A stretch of DNA of 64,000 nucleotides from Felis catus (lineage: Eukaryota): positions 115,322,001-115,386,000 of the forward strand of contig NC_058373.1 in the NCBI RefSeq assembly GCF_018350175.1, read 5' to 3'. Shown here piece after piece: positions 13,138-23,940 of this stretch (positions are counted from its first letter, which is position 1; each line of letters starts with the position of its first letter). The translations under genes were made by a program, and so were the position numbers. A model generated the notes under the pieces. It was not told the origin of the DNA. It did not search any database and worked only from the letters and a program-made list of their open reading frames with translations.

Positions 13138-13289
13138 CTCGCCTTTTATTCATATTTCTGTAAATTACTTGTAAAATGACTTAGAAATGTAAAAACATGA
13201 AATGAGTCCATCAGCCCCAGATGGTGAATGATGATAACTATTTTTCCTGGGCTACTGAGAATTAAAGAGGTAAGAATGATCCTGCACCC

Positions 13290-13415
13290 GTAGGGGTGGC
13301 TCAGTCGGTTAAGCGTCCAACTCTTGATATCAGCTCAGGTCATGATCTCAGGGTTGTGAATTCAAGCTCCTCTTTGGGCTCCACACTGGATGCAGAGCAT
13401 ACTTTAAAAAAAAAG
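13290..13415 (+). mobile_element. Short CAN-SINE
   Basis: gggtggctcagtcggttaagcgtcc head, lacks the (CT)n tract, A tail. Confidence 0.75.
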
Positions 13416-13459
13416 AATGACCCAGTTAGTTGTAAATTTAGTTCCACATTTTCTCCTGC

Positions 13460-13810
13460 CTTGGTGCCTTTGCACATGCTGTTCACTATGCCCGGTATGT
13501 TCTTCCCCTTCTCTTTGTCCAGCTTAAACTGGACATCCTTTAGATCTCAACTTCTCTCAGGAAAGTTGACCCTCCAGCATGAGTTAGACACTCCTTTTTA
13601 TAACTCCCCAAATACCCTGTACATCTTTGCCATACTGTGGACACTGGAATTCGTGAATTGATTGTTGACAATCAGTTGCTTAATGTCTGTCTTCGTACTA
13701 AACTGTAAGCTCCGTGAGAGCAGTCATTCTCTCTCTTTGTTCTCACTGTATACCCAGAGCCCAGTGCAGCGTTTGGCACACTGTAGGAAAGCAGTAACAT
13801 TTGTCTGATT
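13460..13810 (+). mobile_element. L2 fragment
   Basis: ctttgcacatgctgttc...aaactgtaagctccgtgagagcag...ttggcacactgtagg. Confidence 0.7.
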
Positions 13811-14288
13811 GACTGGATTGTTTCTGTCAATAGATTAGGACTAAATGGTGATGATTTGCAATGGAGTCTTAAACCCCAGTCTAAACAGGGTCCTTGTAAC
13901 AATGCTTTCTCTGGAGTACCGAAGCATGGCGGTTATGGGTTTGAAGACATTACAAAGGCTCCTTGCCTCATGGGTTCCAGTGTAAAAAATACAGACCAAT
14001 AAAACAGGCAAATGAAAGATAAAGTAGGTGAGTGGGGAAAACTCATACATGTGGAAATAACCTTCACTAATATGCAAAATAGCACGTGTGAATATAGCAT
14101 GTGCTTCCGACTCTTAGGACTAACAGATTTAAGAGGATGCCAAAGCTTTTGATGTGCATGTAAAATGTAAGGGCCATCTTTGGTAAGGTTAACCTTTGTG
14201 GTTAAGCCTCAGCTCCTCATCTGCATAATGAGACCTAATGATGCTGTATCGAAAGTTGCTAACAGAATAGATCCTAAAAGTTCTTATC

Positions 14289-14770
14289 AATAGCCAAACT
14301 ATGGAAAGAGCCCAAACGTTCATCGACTGATGGATAAAGAAGATGTGGTATACATACACACGATGGAATATTACTCAGCCATCAAAAGGAATGAAATCGT
14401 GTGCAATGACGTGGATGGAGCTAGAATGTATTATGCTAAGCGAAATAAGTCAATCAGAGGAAGACAAATACCATATGATTTTACTCATATGTGTGGAATT
14501 TAAGAAACAAAACAGACGAACATATGGGAAGGGGGAAAAAAGAGAAGAGACGGAAATAAACCACAAAAGACTCTTAATGATAGAAAACAAACTATGCGTT
14601 GACAGAGGGAGGGGGTGGGGGATGGGCTAGATAGGTGATGGATATTAAGGAGGGCACTTGTGATGAGCCCTGGGTGTTACATGTAAGTGATGAATCGCTG
14701 AATTCTACTCCTGAAACCAAAATTGCACTGTACGTTGACTAACTAAAATTTTAATTAAAAAAAGAAATAA
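14289..14770 (+). mobile_element. Carnivore L1 3' end inserted into an older L1MA 3' fragment (14240-14880)
   Basis: atagccaaactatggaaagagccc...tggatggagctagaatgtattatgctaagcgaaataag...; flanked by AAAGTTCTTA repeats. Confidence 0.8.
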
Positions 14771-17279
14771 AGTTCTTAACATAAAAAAGAAAGGTAACTC
14801 TTTGAGGACATGGATGTTAACTTATTATGGTAATCATTTTATATACATACATATATCAAATCATTGTGTTAGCACAATACTATTCTTCAACTATATTTTA
14901 AAAGAGTCTATGTGTCTGGCCTTAAGCTTATTAATATTTTTCGTCATGACAGAGTCGGACATGCGGAGGTAGAGGAAAGGCACACAACTGAACACTCTGA
15001 ACTCTCTTGCATTGTCCATGGTTCTTTTGGTTGGCAACTCCAGGTATCACAATGATGATAGCCCCTGTTGTTAACTGTCTCCTGGATTCTTCCTTGGTCA
15101 CATAAACCCTGAGTTTTAGCCGGACAGCTGTGCCCACCTCAAATTAAGATTACCTTTTTTTTTTTTTTGGTAGCTAGATGTGGTCATTTGGATACAATAA
15201 AATGTGAGAGGGGCATTCTCTTTTTTTACCCATTTTCCTCCCCGCGGACTAGAAAATAGGTGTGATCGCTAGAGCTTATGCAGCCATCTTGGACTTTGAG
15301 GCAGAAGCTGCTTATTAAGAATGACAGGGATGCTAGAAGAAACCTGGGTTAGAGGGAGCTACCCTCGACTTTGAAGGGAGTTTGTGTATGAAAGAGATAA
15401 GTAAGCTTCCAAATTGTTTAAGTCACTCTAATTGTTTTTGACATGTCTGTTTCTCCAGGTTCATTGAGGTATAATTGGCAAATAAAATTATAAGATATTG
15501 GAAGGGTACGACATGATGATTTGTTATACGTATGCATTGTGAAGGTTTTTTTCCCATCAGCTTAATTAACATATCCATCACCTCACGTATTTACCTTTCT
15601 TTCTTTAAACCCAAGATTCTTGGTGTCCCAGGTTTCTCGGTGCAGCCGTGTATGTGAAAAGAGCCCAAGACCTCGGACACAACTCACCTTTTCCTGTTGG
15701 TAGCTGTTGCCACAAGGGAAGCAAATATAAATCAAGGTATATTTACATTACAGAAGCACTTTTCTCCAAAGCCCCGTTCAAGACCTACCTTCTCCATGAG
15801 GCCTTCCCTGCCCGCTAGGTCCCCCAAACACATTGCTTTTAAATATCTGTTTCCAAGTATCTGCCTGCTTTGTGTTTTAAATTAGATTGTAATTTCTCAG
15901 AGGGCAGGGCGTGCGTCCAAAGATTCCTCATAATAATGAGCATGGTACAGGGGCACAGGAGGAGAGGCACCAAACTGCTTGTTAAAGTAAATGGAAATGA
16001 GGCAAGGCAAGACTCCTCTGGATTATACAGAAACACAGATAGACTTGATAGGCATCCGTAGCTAGTACTAAATATTTGAGGCCCTCGGGCTTCAATATGA
16101 GATATAAAGTATTATTTTTCTTCTACTGAAATATCCCCTTGCAAATAGAAGTCCCAGGGGCAAGGGGTATGGCTGAAACTGGACAGACCAGATGCCAGAA
16201 TAGCTACATTTATTTTTGGACCATAAGCCTGGCCTCCAGGGAAAGAAGGAACTTGTCAATTTCACTTTTTGCTTGGATCGGAAGATTGAGCCTGGCAGAG
16301 AGACGCTGTTTGGGACTAGTAGTTCTCTGGAATTTCTAACCTTCTCTGGGGTTGGGAGGAGTCGGGAGAAGAAAATGCATCATTTGAATGATGGCCATGG
16401 TTACGACAGGGCCTGCATGCCAACCGGAGGGAAAGAAAATACTTGCTGAGCAAAGTAACTGGAAAGCAGTTGCTCATATTTTAAACTGAGCTACATGGTT
16501 GAAATCCAGAAAATGTAGACTTTTGGACCAGCAACCGCTTGGAAATAGGCTTTCTGGCTGGAAAGCAGCATGTGGTGTTATGGATGAAAAGGACGATTGC
16601 AATGCCTTTTCCCTGGGTGCATTGTGCTGCCAGATACTGGGGGCCATTGCAGGCGTATTTACTTACTCCAACAGATTTCTCAATAATTCCAGCAACGGAA
16701 AGAAGTTGACCAGCTCGATGGTGCGCACAAGGCCAGGTGGTAGAGTCAGAACAAACCTGTCGGGCCGCTGAGCCCAAAGATAACATTTCCACCCTGCCGA
16801 CCCCTGCTAGGCAAATACACGGGGCACGCGGAAATTGATATAAGGGCTGCATGAGGCACAGCAGTACTGGACAAATGTCACAAGTCCAGCTGGGGCCAAT
16901 CCCCAGGATGCCAGGTCACAGAGGCTGTTTCCAGGCTCTTCCCCAGAAGCTCAGCGAAGCTCGCAAGTGTCAGGTCCTTTGCAGATCGCTCAAGAAATTC
17001 CCAGTGTGCACACAGGGAACACCGAGCCCTATGGCATTTGAGACTGGACACTGTAGTCACCACATGACAGAGACAGGATTAGAATCTGAACACCTGGCCT
17101 TGAATCGTGGATGGAATTTAGCAGCCCAATGAGGGAAGAAAGTCACAATCTCGTGGCGTATCAATTTACTCACCTGTAAAGTTGGATCTATCTCACAGGA
17201 TCATTCTGAGGATAAAGTGAGATGAGGCATTTGTCTTGCCCTCTTCTTACGCTAGATGTGCTATTTCTCACTTAACCAT

Positions 17280-17440
17280 ATCCTTAGATCCTGACAACTC
17301 ATGAAATGGGGACTATTTTCATTCCCATTTTACAGAGGGGAAGACTGCACCCCAGACAAGGAAACTGACTTGTGCAAGGTTATGCCACTAGGTGGCAGAC
17401 CCAGGATTTGAACCCATCCTGTCGGAAAGCCTGTCTGACC
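17280..17440 (-). mobile_element. MIR SINE (contains a CTCF-like motif)
   Basis: cccattttacagagggg aagactg...tgacttgtgcaaggt...caggatttgaaccc. Confidence 0.75.
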
Positions 17441-18839
17441 ACTGTGTTATTTCTCAGCAGAGGAAGACAGGCAATTCTCTTCGAGATGTTCTTCACTTTT
17501 GTTTGGAGAACCACGAGCACTCCGTTACAGTTCCAGCATCCAGTCTGGGCTGTTTTATCTGAGGGCACTGGGGAGAGTGTAAGTCTATTAAGTAGGGAGT
17601 GGTATATTCAGGTTTGCTCTTTGGAAGGATGCAGGGTGGAGGCTGGATGGGGGCAGGCAAGGGGAATGGGCAAAACTGAACGCAGGAGCTGGACGGGAAG
17701 CATGTTCACACAGTCCGGGAGAGAAGGTGTAAGGGAGCAGAGCTGACTCTTGTTAGGACCTCTAGGCGCAGACAGGGAGGAGGAATTAAGCTCTGGTGGT
17801 GCCGCTTCCCGTCTGGTTAGAGAAAAGATTCCCTCCTCGTGAACGGAGTGGTCTATACCAATGGAAGTAAACACTAAGGGTTGTACTCCACACAAAAAGA
17901 GAAACCGGGGTTCTCTTGGGTTGAGGGTAGTGGATCATCAGGCTCCATTCGAGGAGCTGGTGTGAAGCAGCTGGGACTGTTCCCAAGATGGCCCTTTGGG
18001 GACCACCCTGGGGAGAGCCCTCCAACATCCGCTGGACCCTGTGTTGTGCTACTATCTCCAAGTGGGCTGGGCACCCAGGAGAGGTCTCCTCTCCCCACTC
18101 TGACCCAGCCGTGGGGTCTTTGCACCCACAGACCCCTCCCCGTCAATACTTTTTTCTTCTGCTCCCCCACAGAAGAGCCCTCCTCTGACTTCCTCCTTCA
18201 GGACTCCTAGGCCACAGAGTGGCTGCCCCTTGGCCCTCCAGTCCAAGGCGGGGAGCCAGGAGGCCTGGAGCCACCACAGGGCCACAGGTGGGCATTACCC
18301 CATACCCACTGGGGCCCTCCCCAGCTGGCAGACGCCTAGGACCCACTTCACCTAATATCCTCGACACTTCTCTGGGGGAAAATGCTGTAGGACTTGGGGT
18401 GTCACCCCCTCGAAGCTTCTCTGAAACAAATGAATGCACCCATTCCCCACTCCCAACGCAAGTCACAGCCTGGCCTGCGTGGGCCACCTTCTCGGTTGTT
18501 CTTGGCGTTGATGCGGCAGGGAAGCAGATTTCTCAGCTCCTCTGCGCCCTAGTATCCTCATCAGAAAAAGGGGGCTAGGAGTATTTTTCCTGCTTCTTTT
18601 ACAGGCCTGTTGTGACAACTCGTGGGCTTATGATGAAAACTACACGTGCTTAAGGCATGATTTTTAGCCGGGTGGGCGTTCTGGGAGTTGGGGCTGCCGG
18701 AGCTCTCCGAGGCTGCCTCAGACAGAAGGGCCGAGAGAAAGTTCCTCTCCCTCCCAGCCTCTCCGGGAGCCGACTCTGGCACAGCAAGCGGGTGTCGCTC
18801 CTCCGTGGGGTTGACCGCAAGCCGCCCCTTTTCCCGCTC

Positions 18840-18955
18840 TCTCATTGGCTTTCACCTGCCAAAGGGACGGCTGCTACGGGCCCCTCGGCCCGTCAATCAG
18901 GGCCGCCGGGCTCCGCCCCGCCCCTCCCGGGGGTTTATAACGGGAATTCCCATGG
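18840..18955 (+). promoter_or_regulatory. SMOC1 core promoter: inverted CCAAT, tandem GC boxes, TATA-like box, kB palindrome
   Basis: ATTGG 18844-18848; CCGCCCCGCCCC 18913-18924; TTTATAA 18934-18940; GGGAATTCCC 18942-18951. Confidence 0.75.
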
Positions 18956-18959
18956 CCCG

Positions 18960-19234
18960 CGCTCTGGCGTCCAACCTGCTGCCGCCGCGGCCCGGCCGAG
19001 CCGAGCGAGCGAGCGCTGCGCGCAGGGCACACGCTCGCGCTCCAGCTCCCCTCCCGGGCGGTTCATGACCGCTCGCTCTGAGCGCAGCCCCGCCAGCCCC
19101 GCCGCCCCGCCGCCCCGCCGCCCGCCGCCGCGAGGGCCCCCGAGGGAAGGAAGGCAGGAAGGCAGGCGCGGCCGTGCGCCCCGCGGAGCCCGCGCCCCCC
19201 GCCCGCAGCCGGCTGCCCGGCCCCGGCTGGCACC
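18960..19234 (+). other. SMOC1: Putative SMOC1 5' UTR (GC-rich; TSS estimated ~25-30 nt downstream of the TATA-like box)
   Basis: Lies between TTTATAA (18934-18940) and the ATG. The TSS position is inferred, not observed. Confidence 0.65.
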
Positions 19235-19333
19235 ATGCTGCCCGCGCGCTGCGCCCGTCTGCTCACGCCCCACTTGCTGCTCGTGTTGGTGCAGCTGTCC
19301 CCGGCTCGCGGCCACCGCACCACGGGCCCCAGG
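19235..19333 (+). CDS. SMOC1: SMOC1 (SPARC-related modular calcium-binding protein 1) coding exon 1: signal peptide region, 33 codons, phase-0 donor
   Basis: Manual translation from caccATG(19235) gives MLPARCARLLTPHLLLVLVQLSPARGHRTTGPR, which I recognise as the SMOC1 N-terminus. It has a hydrophobic signal core and ends AGG|GTAAGT (consensus donor at 19334). It lies in a CpG island. Not listed as such in the ORF track because it is a short spliced exon. Confidence 0.96.
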
Positions 19334-21176
19334 GTAAGTGCGCCCCCGGCCGCGCGCCCACCTGCGGAGGGAGACTGAGGTCCCCGGCCCACAACCCTCG
19401 GGGCTGGGGGAGGGGGGAGGAGGTATCGCCCCCGCCCCCCCCCTCCCCCGCACCTACCACCTAGTCATCGCGGGCTTCTGGGCGAAGTTGCTGAAATAAA
19501 AATTTCTCCCGTTCTCCCCCACCCCCATCCTTTCTTGCAGCGCCGACTCTGCCTCCCGCCTCCCCCCGAACTGTCACTGGTGGGTTTTCTTTCCCGGTCT
19601 CTTCTCCCAGGGCATTTTGCTCCGAGCGGGTGCCTCCTGCGTCCGAAAGAGGCTCGCTCTCCGCTCCAGTCGGCTGCCCTGTGGTCTCACGCTGCGCCCG
19701 GTGCGGGTCCCAGAGCGCTGGCGTTCTTGGCGGGCGGCGGGGGGGGGGGGGGGGGGGGCAGCTCTGCCTGCGGAGTTTTAGGTTACCCGAGAGCCACACA
19801 AGGACCTTGTGTTGTTGTTGTTTTAAAAAGCGATCGCTGCTCGTAAAACCCACAGCAGATAATTTTAATGTTCCCTCCTGCTGGGCACAGCCCGGGAGGA
19901 GGGGTGGAGGCGCGGGGGGGGGGGGGCGGCTGTGGAGAGGAGCCGCGCAGTGTTCGAGAGTCTCTTCCCCTGGCTGCGAGGCTGGGAGGTGAACTACTTG
20001 TTGAACCTTGGTCTGATTGGAGTCTCTGGACGATACGAAACGTGCCAATTCTGTGCACAGGACAGGCTGCCCAGGGCATTGTAGAATCTCCTGGAACTGA
20101 CCGCATTGTGTTCATTGCTGGCCTCGATTATTGCCCCCCTCTCCCCCCAGTTGGTCTAATGATGGATTCCGTGGCCTTAAAAAATGTACTATTAAACCCG
20201 GCGGCTCATTTGATCAAACTTAATCCAGGCGATCTCTGGCCAAAAAGCAGTGTATGTCAGGGCGGTCTCTCAGGATAGCTGCTTGCCTCCACGGGTGGCC
20301 TGAGTGTCCGTGTGCGAGTAGCCGGGATCTTTGTGAAAACAAGGTTGGCTCCTTGACCAGCGCGTGCTTTCCTGGATATCTCCGGGCCTAGCCCCCTTCC
20401 CACCTGTTCATATTGCAGGTTCTTTATTCGTAACTCTTGCTGTACGAGAATCATCTTTATAGCTGTCGTGTGTGGAGGGAAAAAAGCCTTGCAAAGGTTG
20501 ACAAGCTTTAATGACTGCCCAGATGCTGGCTTGCTGAGGTGGGGAGCCCAGCTATCACTGTGAGATCAGATTTGCAGCCACTTAGGAAAGAAAAGTGTTT
20601 GTCCCCGTGTTGGGCCGGCCCTTGCTTTTATGACCAGATGTGCAACAGCAGCAGTTAAGGTGCGGCAGATTAGATCCAGGGCGTGTCATAAATCCTCGAC
20701 AGCAGGCATTCCCGAAGCTGGGGCAAGTAAGGGCTCCGGGAGGGACTTTTATGGATGCAGATGAGGATGCCTTTTAAATGAAGCTGCTTGGTTTGATATT
20801 AGGGCTCGCAGCTCTTAAACTCCGAGGTCAGGAGAGCCACAGCGTTCCCTCCAATAATTAGGAACAGTCAAGACAGAGACGCAGAGCAGAGCGCCCCGAC
20901 TGAAATCTGGATGCCCGCCCACATGAGAGGCCCGGAGACAAATGGTGGGGGGCTGGTTTGCTGCTGGGCATGTCTAGCATCTCAAGCCATATGGCTTTCC
21001 TTCTAGAACTGCCTTCTGAAATTGGAGGAAGCAACTTTTAGGGGAAAGCTAGGGACTTCAGGGGAAAATAGGGACATTGGTTAGGTTTCCCTCCAGCTTC
21101 TTTAGTTTAAGAATTTGATAGGCATGATGAAACAAAGCAAGAACTGTAAATAGGCTTATGTGTATCCCAGCTGCAT

Positions 21177-21288
<112 letters not shown>

Positions 21289-23289
21289 AGAAAGTACCAA
21301 GGGGAAGCTGTTGTTTTGATCGTGTGGTTACTTGGGTGCATTTATGGGCAACAATAAGAGCTGTCATTTAGAAACGCTGGGGCTGGCACCTTCCATGATG
21401 GCTTACGCTTGTAAGAACAAGAAGGTGAGTCTTTTTAGTGCCCTTTTTGCAAGTGAGTCTCGGGGAAGCTCAATGGCTGCCTTGAAACACTCGTGGTGCA
21501 TATGTAGTTCTGGAAACCAAATCCCAGTTTTTTATGGATTTACAGGTGGCGTGCTTTCCCTGCCACGGAGCAGCTGCAGGGAGTGCTCAGGGAGTGCTCA
21601 GGGAGTGCTCTCCTGCTCGTGGTGCCCTTCCTGTTAGAGGAGGAGATGGCTCAGTGAGACAACACTGAGCCCAGAGGCAGCAGGGGAGTCTGTAAGAACA
21701 TGCTGATAGCATTTCTTGGTGTCCGAATCGCTAAAGGGTGACGTCTTTGAGTTTCAACCTAGCCCCAAAGTCGCCAGCTCCCCTCTGTGGCTTCTCGGTG
21801 GCCTGAGAGGTGTGGCTCTGGTTGCTAGTGGCAGTATCACAGGAGGAGCAGAAACATCTGGCTTGTTGCAGTATTCCCTTGGGCACCCCTGGGTCTCTTC
21901 TGTTAATCTTTTGAGTGACAGAGGCTTAAGGATTGGCATCTTTTCCAGCTGGCTTTCTAGGAAACCGAGAGCATGCCCTTTGGGTTTAACTTTATCTGGC
22001 TCACTAATTGAGCTCCCTCGAGGCCTAGACCCCAATCCTTGTTCCCTTATGTGCTTCCTGCCTTCATAAAATTCCTGACATTTGTTTGACTCTGGAAACC
22101 GACAGCTATCAAGTATCAGATTGGAGGCTATTATGTAGGAAGCACCTGATTTTTTGGTCTCTGACTTCTGAGCAGCCCCTTGGCTACCTGGGACGCTGGT
22201 CAGGATCCTTTTAATTACCAAGGAGGCAGCCATTTCTTTAATCCTGTACAATTTACTGAAAATGTTTCAGGGCAGGATGGGATGGGGGAGGGGCTCTCCC
22301 AGGCCGAGAGAGTCTGGCTGATGGTCAGGCCAAGTCAACTGCCTGTCTTTGTCTAAGCCTCTGTCTGCCCTGGAAGACCAGGAGCTGGGTGAGGGCGGGA
22401 ACTGGGCCCATCTTCTCTGCCGGTGCATCCCCAGAGCTCAGCACAGGGCCAAGTGCCTGGTGGGGATGGACTCTGGTGGTGTTGATGGAAAAAACAAATA
22501 CATTCAGATAGTGCATGTTTAACAGCATTCTACGGGTTCCACTTTCTTAGCGCTTAGCATGACCGGAGGCAGGAAGTAGATTTAAGAAGTTTGAAAATAG
22601 GAAAGAAAATGGGAAGGTCAAGAAGCCTGAGCAAGGAATTTGATTTCTTAGTTGTTTTACGTATATTATTTGTTCTCTCTGCCCTCGCTGGCTTGTTTTG
22701 ACCTTCAAAACCTGACTCCTGCGTGACTCTTCAGGCACTTTACCGCAGACCGCCTTTTGGTGAGAATTGGTCACTCTTACCTTCGACCGACTCCTGTTTA
22801 CCCAAGTGAACCAACTTTTGCCTTGCTCTCATTGAAACCTGAAATTGGTTACTTCACAAATGATTTCCCCCCATTTGTAGGCTTTTGTGCTTTGTTTAAA
22901 AATTAGTAAGTGTGGTGGATATGCGAGGTTTGGGGGAGGAGAGACTGAGCAAACAAACTTGGATGGGGGACAGGCTTTGGCTCCACCCTCACTCTCTTTT
23001 CTGTCTTGCATTTGCCAAATGTGAAGCAGCTTCTAGACCATTCCCTTCCATTTGACTAGTCTGTCTCGGTGTCTGGACCGGGGTGGGTCCTTGTGTCTGT
23101 GTAGACACCCTTCTTATTACTTGTGTGCCTGACAGGAACCTTTCCTTCCCACCTGGAGGATTTATCCAAGATGTTACTCATGTGGTAGGCAAAGAACACG
23201 ACAGAAACATTTTGATAGAGCTGACATGGGAAATTTAAAGAAACCAAATTGAGAAGGACAGGAAGAGGGAATAATCATCTTAGAAACGA

Positions 23290-23940
23290 TAGGAAATGTT
23301 ATCAAGTGGAAAGCATTTTGATATTATCTCATTATCTCCCAGGGTTGAAATTCCCATTTCTTAGGGCCCAGCAATTCCACTCCTAGGTACATATGCCCAA
23401 GAGAAACTCGTGTCCAGAAGGGGACATTTGCAACCTTCTTCATAACACTATAAGCCTGGAAAAAGCCCAGATGCCCGTGAGTTGGAGGACAGATGAACTG
23501 ATGCCCGCACACAGTGGAGAATTACGCTAAGGCAAAACAAATGAGCAACAGTGACGTACAAAACTATGGACGAACCTTGGGAATATGACATGAATGTAAA
23601 ATATACCAAAAGATGGAACATGTTATGTTTCGTAAGCTCAAAAAGAGCTAAAATTCAAGGGAAAAAAATCTCTTAGAATACTTAGAGCTACAATACTGCT
23701 CTATGAAAAGAAAAGCAAGGCAATGCTGGACATGGGGCTCCGGGTGAAGTTAGGGGGAGCAAGGGGTTGGAAACCGTATGGCCGGGGAAACCACACAATG
23801 AGTGTAAGTTAGTGTCAGTAGGCTACCTTTAGGGGGAGGGAAGGATGGGTTTGAAGGTATTTGTCCATTAGTAAAGAGGAGTGGCTGATTAAATGAAAGA
23901 TGAAAAGTGGTCCCTGTGTAGACCAGTGCTGAGTGTCATG
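23290..23940 (+). mobile_element. Ancient L1 (L1ME/MC-like) fragment
   Basis: ccagcaattccactcctaggtacatatgcccaagagaaac..., L1 ORF2-end/3' UTR-like. Confidence 0.6.

Larger units (their letters stand above)
10790..13265 (+). mobile_element. piggyBac-family DNA transposon relic (Looper-like, internally deleted) interrupted by a CAN-SINE and an MLT1 LTR
   Basis: Decayed transposase peptides EEMEILTGLKI / CKSGNENVLQLWTKEDGHTLVNKIM / RDTFEIWNHCLHDEYVPSS in piggyBac order. Imperfect inverted subterminal motifs at 10817-10839 and 13201-13222. Ends at TTAA 13262-13265. About 1.6 kb remains after removing the inserts. Confidence 0.72.
18680..20000. promoter_or_regulatory. CpG island over the SMOC1 promoter, exon 1 and start of intron 1
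   Basis: Very high GC content and dense CpG compared with the CpG-poor flanks. Confidence 0.9.

Noticed and set aside
18952..18954. ATG just after the kB site
   Set aside because: Only ~12 nt downstream of the TATA-like box, so probably upstream of the TSS and not in the mRNA.
18657..20278. Several long ORFs (226, 195, 172, 136 aa) on both strands in the CpG island
   Set aside because: Expected from stop-poor GC-rich DNA; low-complexity Pro/Arg/Gly/Ala products with no recognisable domain. Only the ATG-19065 part is kept, as a uORF hypothesis.
21577..21609. CAGGGAGTGCT x3, plus other micro-duplications (~32484-32537, 38548-38572, 45050-45075, 52076-52098)
   Set aside because: Ordinary slippage duplications with no unique spacers; not CRISPR-like, and no function is inferable.
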